64,000 bases of DNA from Takakia lepidozioides (Eukaryota; Plantae; Bryophyta). The stretch lies in contig CM060731.1 in the NCBI GenBank assembly GCA_030704615.1, positions 61,132,001 to 61,196,000 on the forward strand, written 5' to 3'. The notes below the pieces were generated by a model. That model had not been told where the DNA came from. It saw nothing but the letters and a program-made list of their open reading frames with translations, and made no database searches. The translations under genes were made by a program, and so were the position numbers. The number at the start of each line of letters is the position of its first letter. Position 1 is the stretch's first letter. Shown here piece by piece: positions 1 through 11,466 of this stretch.

Positions 1-505
1 TCAACTATGTTTGTCCTTTTTATCTGTTATGCATACATCCTCAGGTGTATTGAAGTAGAGTAAAACTGCATATTTATACAAGTCTGTCCTTAACTCTCAG
101 AAACATGCAGCCATTCACACAATACAGTCACCTGCATCATGAGTTGTGTCTTAAAAATGTTCCAATTTACAGGTTCTCCAGCTGAGTGACTTGGTGGATG
201 GTGACCCATGCACCAATGAGCGCAATGTCATCATTTATGTTGCGTACATCTGCTCAGAGCTGTTTGGCAGCTCACAGGTAAATATTTAACCCCTTACCCT
301 TTCCTTCTCTCTCTCCCCTTCGGTATGGTTACAAATAGGAGATAGTTCATTAGATGTAGCTTGCTTAATAGCACTCATATGTGGGACTAGTTTGGACTGG
401 GGAAAGATGAAGAGACAGGAGAATTTTTTGTGAGAAGAAATGCCAATGGAAACCAAGAGGGGGCCTCGGCGACACAGTACACAACTGAAAACCGTCAAAG
501 ATCTG

Positions 506-650
506 CCAAAGACCCGCCGATTATTTGATGAAAACCGCCGGTTCTTTGAGGTTCTTACAATTAACCGGAACCGATGGTTCTTTCCATAAAAAAGATTTGA
601 AAAAACCGGAACCGGAGGTTATAAAAGAAATCAAATAACCGCCTAACAGT
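506..650. repeat. Probable MITE/DNA-transposon remnant rich in AACCGG/CCGGTT motifs
   Basis: Clustered aaccgccggtt, aaccggaaccg and aaccggaaccgg motifs in both orientations; no clean TIR pair or TSD found. Confidence 0.3.
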
Positions 651-962
651 GGTCTAATGAATATGAAATGAAATAAATGTTCATCTTCTTGTAAAACTTG
701 AATATACCCCATTTATTTGGACGTTGTTCTCAGAAGTCGTCGCTAGTAGTGCGGAGCAACGCGAAGCCCTAGTTTTATTATTAGGCGCAAAAATGCCTAA
801 ACAGGGACGGTAGTTTAGCGTAGAACGGGAATAGGGTGCCATAATGCCACGTCATTGTCGCCACGTCATTGTCTTCATGTTTTTTGGAGCGTGCCCGGAT
901 TGCCCGAAAAAAACCAAAAATAACTTCTTGAGCTTCTGAAGCTCAAAACTCAGCGATGTTTC

Positions 963-1752
963 ATGGACAGAGCAGGGGTAAGGAGCACCTCCACCATCAC
1001 TACTACTGCCTTTGAAACAAGACCAAGAGAGCTAGGAACTCTTCCAGTGCCTGTGAGGATGTGAGGGCACTCTATAAGGAAGGACGACTGAAGAGGCGGT
1101 GCGCGTTGTGAACCAAGGAGGCGATTGGGCACACCAAGGGCTCACCCCAAACAAGGTGACATTCGTCTGCGTTCTTCGTGCGTGTGGGAGCCTCCAAGCT
1201 CTTGAAAAGGGCACAGAGGTACATGCTGACATCATCAAAGCTGGAATTGGGTCAGATATCATTCTGGAGACAGCCCTTACTGTCATGTATGTTAAATGTA
1301 GAAGCGTTAAGGAAGCGCGGAAATTGTTTGACAATATGACTCAACAAGATGTGGTCTCTTGGAACGCCATGATCACGGGATATGCTCAGCATGGGTATGG
1401 TAGGGAGGCTCTGGAGATCTATGAGCAAATGATACTGGAAGGGGTGATACCCGACAGGGTCACGTTTACGTGTGTGCTCAATGCGTGTGGTAGGCTAGGG
1501 GCCCTGGAAAAGGGCGAAGAGGCCCATGCTCACATCATCAAAACTGGATTTTTGCAAGACATCTTTCTGGAGACTGCCCTTGTCGAAATGTATGTCAAAT
1601 GTGGGAGCATGAAGGATGCACTGAAAGTATTTGACAAAATGGCTGAACGGGATGTGCAATTTTGTGTATTCACATCCCAGTTCCAACTGGAGGAAATTTC
1701 AACAAGATATGCAGGGAGCACAAGGATCTCTTCACTGCCCCATGTCTTTTGA
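963..1752 (+). pseudogene. Truncated PLS-class PPR paralogue (tandem duplicate remnant of the downstream DYW gene)
   Basis: ORF 1099-1752 has L-S-P-L-S repeats (PNKVTFVCVLRAC, DVVSWNAMITGYAQHG) and stops after MAERDV with no E/DYW. Positions ~990-1120 resemble the N-terminal region of the downstream gene (TTTAFE...VRAL...NQG) but are frameshifted. Confidence 0.75.
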
Positions 1753-1865
1753 AATCTCAGAAGAACTAATTGGTGTGTCCCTTTTGTGATGTACTCTAGT
1801 TCAGAGAGAATGTACTGACAAAAATTGTTTTCATAGCCTCTTCCCTTCCATTCAGGATATTTGGT

Positions 1866-4286
1866 ATGTTCATGTTGGCTGTTTGCAATGTAAATTATCA
1901 TGGGTTGTCATCGGCAGCTGCTGGCAGCCATGGAGGATCTGTGGATTGGGAAGTTAAAGGGATGTGGTTGCATATCCAGTGTAGAGGACCAAGTTTCAAG
2001 CACAGGAGTACCAACAAGGCAAGGTTGCTTGATAGCTACTATACACCTGCCTGGGTAGATGGTCCACTGGAAGCAGCAGCAGCACAGTTGTGTGAATCAA
2101 ACACCACCACCCTGACAACTGCTTTTGAAGAAGTACAAAGACAGGGAATCCCCAAGATCTTTTCTGGCACTGGTGGGGATCTGAGGGCACCATGTAAGGC
2201 AGGAAAAGTTAGAGAGGCACTGCACATTTTGAACCAGGGAGGCATTTTGGCAGACTCAGATAGTTATGTCAGCCTGTTGCAGGAGTGCATGAAGATGAAA
2301 CGCCTAGCAGAGGGCAAGCTGGTGCACGCACACATTATCCAAAGTGGATGCAAGCCAGGCATTTTTCTGCACAACACCCTTGTGAACATGTATGCCAAGT
2401 GTGGGAGCGTTGTGGATGCACGGCTAGTATTTGACGCAATGCCTGAACGAACTGTGGTTACGTGGAATATAATGATGGCAGGATATAGCAACCATGGATA
2501 TTGTAGGGAGGCATTGGAGATATATGAGCAAATGATATGGGAAGGGGTGAGCCCTGACAGGGTCACATTCATTTGTGCTCTCAAGGCATGTATCTGCCTA
2601 GAAGCCCTGGAAAAGGGCAAAGAGGTCCATGCTGATATCATCGAGGCTGGAATTGTGCCAGATATCATTTTGGACACTGCCCTAGCTGCCATGTATGCCA
2701 AATGTGGAAGCATGAAGGCTGCACGGCGAGTGTTCGATAGTATGGCTGAACGAAATGTTGTCTCATGGAGTGCAATGATCAGTGGATATGCTCAGTGTGG
2801 ATGTGGGAGGGAGGCTTTGGAGACCTATGAGCAAATGATACGGGAAGGGGTGATGCCAAACCAGGTGACATTTGTTGGTGTCCTCAAAGCCTGTGGCAGC
2901 CTGGCAGCCCTGGAGAAAGGCCAAGAGATCCATGCGAACATCATCAAAGCTGGAATTGTGCCAAACATCATTTTGGGCACTGCCCTTGTCGATATGTATG
3001 CCAAGTGTGGGGATATACAGAATGCACGTCCAGTGTTTGACAATATGGCTGACCGAAATGTGGTCTCATGGAGTGCCATGATCGCAGGATATGCCCAGCA
3101 TGGGTACAGTAGGGAGGCTGTGGAGACCTACGAGCAAATGATACGGAAAGGAGTGATGCCTGACAGAGTAACATTCGTTAGCGTTCTCAAGGCGTGTGCC
3201 AACCTGGCAGCCCTGGAGAAGGGCCAAGAGGTACATGCTGACATCATGATAGCCAAAATTGAACCCAATATCTTTCTGGACACTTCCCTCGTCGTTATGT
3301 ATGCCAAATGCGGGAGCATGAAGGATGCTAATGAAGTGTTTGAGAATATGGCTGAACGAGATGTGGTCTCATGGAATGCAATCCTCGCTGGATATGCTCA
3401 GCACGGTTTTGGCAAGGAGGCCCTGCAACTATTTGAACAAGCACTGCAGGAAAACTTGAAGCCAGACGGTATCACCTTTATATGTCTTCTCTCTGCATGT
3501 AGTCATGTGGGTCTAGTAGATGAAGGCTGTCACTACTTTGATTCCATGAGTCGAAATCATGGCCTCACTCCTTCAGTGGAGCATTTTGGTTGCATGGTAG
3601 ACCTTCTTGGCCGCGCAGGGCAATTGGATGAGGCAGAGGATTTCATGACCAATATGCCGCTTGAACCAGGTGTACCTGTGTGGGGGGCCTTGCTTGGTGC
3701 CTGCAGAATTCACGGCAATGTGGAGGTGGCAGAACGTGCAGCGAAATGCATTCTCAAGTGCAATCCGCAGCATGCTGGCACATATGTGCTACTGTCAAAC
3801 ATATATGCTGCGGCTGGCAGATGGGTTGAAACTGCAAAAGTGAGAGAAATGATGATGGTAAGAGGCGCTCTGCAGCAGCCAGGTTGTTCATGCATTGAGG
3901 TCAACCACTGGGTGCACAGGTTTGTTGTAGATGACAAATCACATCCACAAATTCAGGAAATCCACGCGGAGTTGAAGAGATTGTCTGGGCAGATGCAGGA
4001 GTCTGGGTATCTGCCTGACACACGCTTTGTATTGCATGATGTGGAGGAGGAGCAAAAGGAATCTTCCCTTTGCCACCACAGCGAGAAGCTGGCCATTGCA
4101 TTTGGGCTCATCAGCACGTCCCCTGGGACGTTGCTCCGTGTCATCAAGAATCTTCGGATGTGTGGTGACTGCCACACAGCCACCAAGTTCATCTCAAAAA
4201 TTGTTGCACGAGCAATTGTTGTAAGGGATGCCAACCGCTTTCACCACTTTAAAGATGGGGGTTGTTCTTGTGGGGATTACTGGTGA
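1866..4286 (+). CDS. PLS-E-DYW pentatricopeptide repeat protein, organellar C-to-U RNA editing factor (start codon uncertain)
   Basis: Intronless 806-aa ORF with 14 repeats (L-S, three P-L-S, P2-L2-S2), E1/E2, PG box (PGCSCIEV), deaminase motifs HSEKLA and CGDC, and terminal CSCGDYW. Confidence 0.97.
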   Translation: MFMLAVCNVNYHGLSSAAAGSHGGSVDWEVKGMWLHIQCRGPSFKHRSTNKARLLDSYYTPAWVDGPLEAAAAQLCESNTTTLTTAFEEVQRQGIPKIFSGTGGDLRAPCKAGKVREALHILNQGGILADSDSYVSLLQECMKMKRLAEGKLVHAHIIQSGCKPGIFLHNTLVNMYAKCGSVVDARLVFDAMPERTVVTWNIMMAGYSNHGYCREALEIYEQMIWEGVSPDRVTFICALKACICLEALEKGKEVHADIIEAGIVPDIILDTALAAMYAKCGSMKAARRVFDSMAERNVVSWSAMISGYAQCGCGREALETYEQMIREGVMPNQVTFVGVLKACGSLAALEKGQEIHANIIKAGIVPNIILGTALVDMYAKCGDIQNARPVFDNMADRNVVSWSAMIAGYAQHGYSREAVETYEQMIRKGVMPDRVTFVSVLKACANLAALEKGQEVHADIMIAKIEPNIFLDTSLVVMYAKCGSMKDANEVFENMAERDVVSWNAILAGYAQHGFGKEALQLFEQALQENLKPDGITFICLLSACSHVGLVDEGCHYFDSMSRNHGLTPSVEHFGCMVDLLGRAGQLDEAEDFMTNMPLEPGVPVWGALLGACRIHGNVEVAERAAKCILKCNPQHAGTYVLLSNIYAAAGRWVETAKVREMMMVRGALQQPGCSCIEVNHWVHRFVVDDKSHPQIQEIHAELKRLSGQMQESGYLPDTRFVLHDVEEEQKESSLCHHSEKLAIAFGLISTSPGTLLRVIKNLRMCGDCHTATKFISKIVARAIVVRDANRFHHFKDGGCSCGDYW

Positions 4287-5754
4287 AGCAAACAACACGC
4301 AAGAAATGGTTCCATCACTTTTTGAAGTTAATGGCAAATGGAAAAAAAAAATCATGTCATTTAGTATGTCAGCTGCACATAGTGACGATTAAACTTCAAT
4401 CACGACTGAAACAGCAGCATGGATGTCATGGGAAAGGTTGCATAGAGGGGTTTGTCACCAGATCTTATATTAAAAAATTCCTAGACTTCTGGACATGGGC
4501 AATTGCGCCCCTGAAAATGAGGAATTTGGTAGTTGTGACAGTTTTCTTTGAAAGTAAGTGGAGGAACAATTTAAACTTCAGGGGGTTTTGATCCTGGAGG
4601 TTCTTCACATCTTAGGAAAGTTACTTAAAAGAAAATGAAACTCCTTGAGAACCTGAGCCCATTCAGATTGAAACCCGCCACCAGTCAAGAACATAGTTAT
4701 TATTAGTCATTCTTTTGGAGCATTTAACATAGAAAAAAATTATTTAAGCAAATCAGTGCCGCCACAATACACTACATCAGTATCTTGTGCATATTCTTAC
4801 AACTAAATGTTGGGGCATAGCCAAGTATCTCTTGAACAAACTATTTCACTTCAGTTTGGATGAGTATTACTGAATGTGTTGCAACATAGTATCCCGGAAT
4901 CCAACCGGACCCAACATGTCCCAACTATCATTGTGATTTTCGGAGGCAGTCCAAGAAAAAAATATTAAACAAATTTATGTGGTTGATCTTGCTGCCACTT
5001 TGCGCTTAAATGAAGTATGGTAAGTGTCCAATGGAGATCCAAACAAACTCAACCCTTTACAGGTAGGGTGAATTTCAAATAAGCGGCCAGCCGGGAATTC
5101 GGTGGGGGGACTTGGAAAGGTCAAAAATCCGTGGGAGTAACTAATGGGGAATTGGAATGTGTGGCCAATTTGACAATGTGATGGTGTCAACATGTCACAT
5201 TTTGGTTTTCTTTCGTCTTGTGATCTCAGAGATACTTAGTGGCGTATTGGGCAGAGGGCTCTTCCCAACCTACTTGAACCTTGAATTGGGTTTTGTTCTC
5301 TATGAAATTTCTGCACTCTAATGCCCACAGTGGTCTTATTGAAAACTTGAGACAGTAGATCTACTACCTATCATCCCAGTTTTCATTTTCTTAAGAGAGA
5401 AGGCGAGAGTCCTCAGGCCAACAAGAAATGGGTGCCAGACCAGTGACCCCCACAACATAGTCAAAACTCAAAACCACACTCCAGGCAGCTGTGGTTGGAG
5501 TCCTTATGTTAGCACTAACATACCCAATAGTCTGGGATCCTTCACTGGCTTAAGGCAAGCATGGAGCGAAGCCTCCTTGGTGGAATCCTAATGGAGAAAT
5601 CATGAAGAGAATTCTGATTTGGGTACATAGCTTTGGGAACCGCTCTAGGGTCTATAGCACAAAAGGGAACTTTGAGAACGCAAGCGGGGAGGAGTGAGGA
5701 GGATGGCAATCTTGCTGGTGCGTTAAGGCGTGGAGGAGGTCCAGTGCGTGAGGG

Positions 5755-8700
5755 ATGGAGACATCGCTCAGATACGGGGCTGGAGAGAAGCAGCTGTTGC
5801 TGCATGCGAAGGAGAATTTTTTGCTGGACAACGCCCTATTTTTACAGGTCTGTCTCTCTACCGCTGGCTTATTAATCTTCCTCGGTGTTGACATGTGCTC
5901 TCTCACTTCTTTTTCTGCTTTCCCACTTACTCTATATGTGGGTATTCTGTGCTCTGTTGTCTGTTGGACAATCCCACCTGCGATTTTTCTCGTCTTCTGG
6001 GGCATTGGTGGACTCGTATTCTTCTTCGGGACATGCAGGAGAGGGAAATGAAAGGGAATTCCCAACATTTGGGATAGGTCGTCTTGTTTAACTCTAGACC
6101 TCTCTCAACCCTTCCGGATGAGGGTTCACGTTTAGCCATGTTGCTTTATTTTTCCTCATTGTCACCTAAGAATCTGGACGGTGCTTTCTTATTTCTCTGT
6201 CGCTTTCTCTTTTTCTCCGTAGCGCCTGGGTCTCGTATAATGACCAACTGTGTTATCATGTCCGAATTTCGTTCACTCCTTGGAGCAGTTACTTCTGTCA
6301 GTACTTAGTAGATGTCTTAATGAATGAGGGCTCAGGAGACCCGCAAACATGCAAACGTTTGCTTGCTACCTTGGAAGGGCTAATTGTATGGATTATGGTA
6401 ACTAGTCACAAGGAAGCTGATGTGCTTAACTCTTGACACCTTGGGGCAAGAAAACAATGCGTGGGTCTGCAAGCATGAAACAGGAGAAGTTAGGAGGTAA
6501 ACTCAGTCCCAATCAGGGACACCAGGCTCAAGAGAAAGTCCAGGAACTTTTGCTGCTGCTTGTGCCTCAAAATCACACTGTCATGGGCTGGACTCACAAT
6601 GCATACTGTGTGCAGCAGAAAAGTCTATACTAGCTGTCTGTAGTTTTGGTGGAGACAGTCTAAGTTGCCATGTTATTCACAGGTTCACGGGAGGCTGAAC
6701 ACACATACGGGAGCTGCTCATGGCATTGCTCAACTTAAACGCAAATTTTTCCCAGAGGTTGGACCAGGTCACTGGGCCCATTTGTGATGGTACGAGGAGG
6801 GGTTGAGAGTGACCTCGGGTTTATGATGGCCTAAGCTCATTCAAAGCACAGATGACTATCTTGTTAGTTAGGTTATCTGTGTGTGCTCCCTGGCCCTGTT
6901 GGGTGCAACTTTTGGGCTTCTCACACACAACAGATTGATACTTATGTGAACCAAACGTACATGATAATCTGCCTAAGCCCTGCATCTGCAGATAGTACTA
7001 TGTCAAGAACTCCTTATTTTTTTAAGAATCTTACTTCCAATTAAGCCAGGTAAAACATGCATTGATGCTGACCAACTGTAAAATGCATGTACTGACTATC
7101 CAGCGCATATCAATAATTTTCTCTTCACATAGTTGATTCATCTTCAATGGTCGTGAATTTAAGTCTAGAGTTAGTTTCTTGTTTAGAAGCTGCCTCCTGC
7201 TTATATGTTGCAGTGTACAGTTTGATGTTGAGTTTGGTGGTGGGAGGTGCTCTGCTGCAGCTGTTGACAACCTTAGATGTAGGAGCAAAGTTTGACTCAA
7301 AGTTGAGAGAGTTTACATACGACATCCAAGGGAAGAAGACACTACCTATAACTGACAATGGCTTGCTGAGTTTGGATCTGAAAGGGGGCTACAACTACAA
7401 CCCAGGTTCCAAAAAGGTGCATTCCCCTACTTCACACATGGAGCCTAGCATGTAGATTATCACTTCATATTGATTCTTATGAACCACACATCCACATTTG
7501 CCTCTTATTTTTAAAAACAGCAAATGGGTGGAATCTATTGGGGATTTGTCAAAGGTTTTCTTACTTTTAATGATTGAGTGGAGGCAGACTTAAGTTCTGT
7601 AAGTTTATAACTCAAAACTGCTGCTGTAAAGTCATTTATTGTAACCCCCTTTTGCACCACAAGTGTTTTTGAAGTACACAAGTGAGGCACACGTCCATAT
7701 AGATAGGGGGAGATTGCTAGGTGCAGTAAAACACTGTATGCCCTAGTGGGTTGGAATGGTCCCAAGGTTGGTTCAAGGTTGATTGAGAGAAAGAGAGAGA
7801 GAGAGAGATTGTACTCATAAGACGTTGTTTGCCGTAGCCTTGTGGCCATTGACCCCGCGCCCAGTTTGAGCGGGAACAAAAGGGACAGAACCTACCTCTG
7901 TCAGGGGCTGACGTTGGTAGTAAGACTTACCTCCATATAAAGAATTAATCCGGGTTTTCCAGATATCCTCTAGAAATCCCTTCACACAAGCATCAATCTG
8001 CTGTGTGTGATTTGCCCAAAAACTAGGCCTCAGGAGGGCCTGGGCTTTTGGCTCAGCCTCGAGACTTTCAAAGTTGGTAAACAGGGGTACAGGCACAATT
8101 CCCTTAATAGATTTGAAGAGAGCGTCTCTTTGGTGAGAGAACCCCGGACAGTGTATCAGAAAATGAATACTGTCTTCAGATTGCCCACACAACGGGCAAT
8201 TGCACTCTCCCTTTCCTCTCTGCTTCTGTTTGCTGTTCAAAGGTAGGCTTCCTGCCCTGAGTTTAAATTTCAGTCTAGTGCCGAGTGTGGGTAGACCCTT
8301 GAGGTCATCCAAGATGTCCTCCCCCATGTCACAGACTGGAAACAAGTTCAGGGAAGTTTTCTGCCTAACTTCATTTTCATCAGACAATCTCATGGCAACA
8401 GACATGGCTGAGGACACTACAGCCTCTAAGTCAGATTTATCCAGCAGGGTCAAGACTTGCGGATCCAGGTCCAGGTCCTTGAGGATCTCTTCTACTCTCT
8501 TCTGCCAGGACTTAGCCTGTTTGACAGGGCGGTCCTGTTTCCAATATATAGAGTCGATTAACTTAGGGTATCTGGTGTTGGGCATATGTTGCAGCTGACC
8601 CCACCATCTGACCTTGAATTCATCTCGTCGGGAGCTTAAGGACGGAATGCCAAACTCACCCCGAACAGCCACATTGGCTGTTTTGGAGCATGCTGACATA

Positions 8701-10146
8701 CACTCCTTAAGCACCCCCACTTGAATGGATTCTAGAGACTTAGCCTGGTTGGAGTTATCAACCCATATAGCAGATCCGTACTCCAAGGCAGGTCTAATAA
8801 CGCGACAAAGCATGGTTTTCTTAACCTCAGAGTTGACCCCTCTGCAGTGGAAAAATTTAGTGAGCCCCAGAGCTTTGCCCTTGCCAGTTTGAACAACTTT
8901 CCGGATATGTGCATCCCAATTACAATTGGAGGAGAACTCAACGCCCAGGTAAGTGTAGGAAGGGAGGACCGGGATCTCTTGGCTACCCCACTGCCACTTA
9001 AGATCACTTCCTCCCTCTCCTCTGTCGTTGAATGCTACCACTGCACATTTGCTGACATTAGCCTCTAGCCCCCAAAGATCAAAGTATCTCTTCGCGCAAT
9101 CAATCAACTCCTGGAGATTGGTTGGAGTCTCCCCTATGCCTGCGAAGTCATCCGCAAACATAAGGGCTGGTATGGTGGTATCACCCACCCTTAACCCAAA
9201 TCCCTCACTTTCCACATCCTCGAGGAGTTGATTGATGAAAACATTGAAGAGCAGAGGGGAGAGAGTACATCCTTGAGCTACACCTTGGTCTATGTCAAAG
9301 AAGTTGGACTTCTGTCCGTTAACAGTGACACAGCTTTTGGTGTGAGCATACAAGTTGTGGACAACTCTCCACATCTTTCGACCAGAGGCGGAACCATAGG
9401 CCATCTCTCCACACTGTGTCATAAGCCTTTTTGACATCCAGGAAAAAGACATAAGTGAGAGAGAGAGAGAGAGAGAGAGGCAGGAGAGTGTGAATGATAG
9501 ATGGCTTTAAGGCAAGATTGGATTGGTGGAATGTTAGAAATTATCTTTTAAGGGCTGCTCCTTCATTTCCGTCCACCTTCATTCCCCCCACTCGATCAGA
9601 ATGTGCCCTTGGTTTCCCATGAAATGATGAGGTGGAAGGGACTCAATTTGGCAGGGAAAACCGAGGGGGTTAGTGGAGCTCAGCTACAAGGTGTTCAACT
9701 TTACTGAAGACCAGGACTTAAAACTGAAGGTTGGCTACAATGCGGTCAAGCAGGTCTTTGCCCCACCTCCTAACTGGAAAATCTCAGCTTCATTTGGTAT
9801 AATGTGCCGGGTTTGAGCACCTGGCATCTGTTCGTGTTGGTGTTGCTATGTACTGCTGGAGATTCAGGCATTCAGATGCAAGACTTCCAAGGAGATGAGT
9901 ACAAATAGGGTAGTGTGAACAACCCTTGCCAGTGTTTTTATGCGTGTCTCTGTAAAAGATGTCTATGCATAACTATGTGGCATACTAGACAAGCTGCTCA
10001 ATGTCGTGTTTCTTTTTTGTTGAGTGTTACTAATAAAGTATGTCTGATTGTGGCTTTCACAGAAGCCTTATTTTCAGATAAGGGAGAACAACTGGACATT
10101 GAATGCAGAACTTGATGGTGGCTGGAGCGTAATCTACGATTTGTGA
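5755..10146 (+). CDS. OEP21: Chloroplast outer envelope pore protein 21 (5 exons, 168 aa)
   Basis: Exons 5755-5847, 6683-6757, 7261-7416, 9655-9753 and 10063-10146 all have GT-AG boundaries and join in frame. The product runs METSLRY...HAKE...[11 protein letters not shown]...[14 protein letters not shown]...YDL*, matching the recalled OEP21 family. Confidence 0.92.
7809..9455 (-). mobile_element. 5'-truncated non-LTR retrotransposon (family A): RT plus C-terminal CCHC finger, in OEP21 intron 3
   Basis: Uninterrupted 545-aa ORF with [26 protein letters not shown] and [14 protein letters not shown]. Both ends abut (GA)n tracts that form a TSD-like repeat. Confidence 0.93.
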
Positions 10147-11466
10147 CTTGGTTTCTGTTCCCCAGATTTAAGCAGATTATTTGCCCTCAGATTGGGGTTT
10201 GTCATTATAGGCAACGGATTACACTTCCAGAAAGTAACAGAACTCTTTCATGCCTTCCATGCTACACATTTGTAGACTGCTGGCCTCTTTCTTTCTCCAG
10301 AATTTGTCAGTGATTGTTGGGTTTCTCCATATCTGAGTCACTTATGCCACTCTTAAGTTCTTGTAAGATTATATTCTGTGAGCAACTGTTGCAAGCCCTT
10401 TTTTCCTTTGATTGTTAACCCTCTCTAATCCTCAAATACCCAATTTGTCTTTTGCATTCAGACTTCCTCCAATTATACTTACCTTGGAACAAAAGCATGT
10501 CCATGCAAATAGTTCACACAAACTACACAAGGATCTTCACAACCAATTATTCTTCACACATTTTGAGCGATTCCTGAGTTCCCACAGAGGGTGATTTCAG
10601 GGCCGAGAGTTTTAATGGACTTTACAGCACAAAGAACCTATTGTTTGGAGTCTCAGTTCTCCTCGCAATAATTAACTGCCAAACATGAACTGATTGACCG
10701 AATCTCCGGAGCACTCAATTCTTTGCAGCTTGCCCTGTCTGTCAAATAGAGCTGAGACTGCAATGCTTTGTTCTTCAGATCTAGGACTCCACAATTAGGC
10801 CCAATGAATGCCCACCCATCCAGATTGAGGTAATGTGCAACAACACCTTCAGCATCATGGTCAGTTCCAGCTGTTTATTGGAACTACATATCCAATGTTT
10901 CCAAATTCCGGTGTTGACTTGGTACAATGACCAGTATCACCAGCCTTTTCACTTCGTATTTGCCAAAAAATGCGAAGGGTTCTAAGACAAACTTGTTGTG
11001 GTCTTGTCTGCACAAGATCCATACACCCCATTCAGACAGAGAAGAAGCTCTGATGATTGATCAGAGCCAGACAAACCATCTCATGTAAATTATGTTGCGG
11101 AAGATATTTCACGGGGAGAGAAACAGTCCTATGCTGGGGAATATTCCAGTGTTGGGCGGATATCCGCCAGGACCTCAGGTTAACCAGGGGTTCTGTTCTG
11201 TTCTGGTTCTGACGAACCAGACCAGAACTGGTGATACCAGTACTCAGTTTCACCATAGTGTAACCAAGCAAAAGAAAGCCGCCTTAAGACCTGGGGCACC
11301 CTGCCATCACTCTGCTCTTCACTGCCCTCAAAATGCTGCTGAAACAAGTTCTGAACTAATATTATTTCGAGTGACAAAGACCAGCTACACTTCCAGCTCC
11401 AACTCTGTAAGCTTGGGCTCAACATGTTCTGCCACAGAAACACTTTCCATAATAACACTATTCATG

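Noticed and set aside
740-875. Possible Helitron 3' end (gcgaagccCTAG at 769-772) and duplicated gccacgtca G-box-like motifs
   Set aside because: No matching 5' end or second copy in the window, so too weak to call.
3870-4286. U-to-C (KP-type) editing domain
   Set aside because: PG box, HSEKLA and DYW are canonical C-to-U features.
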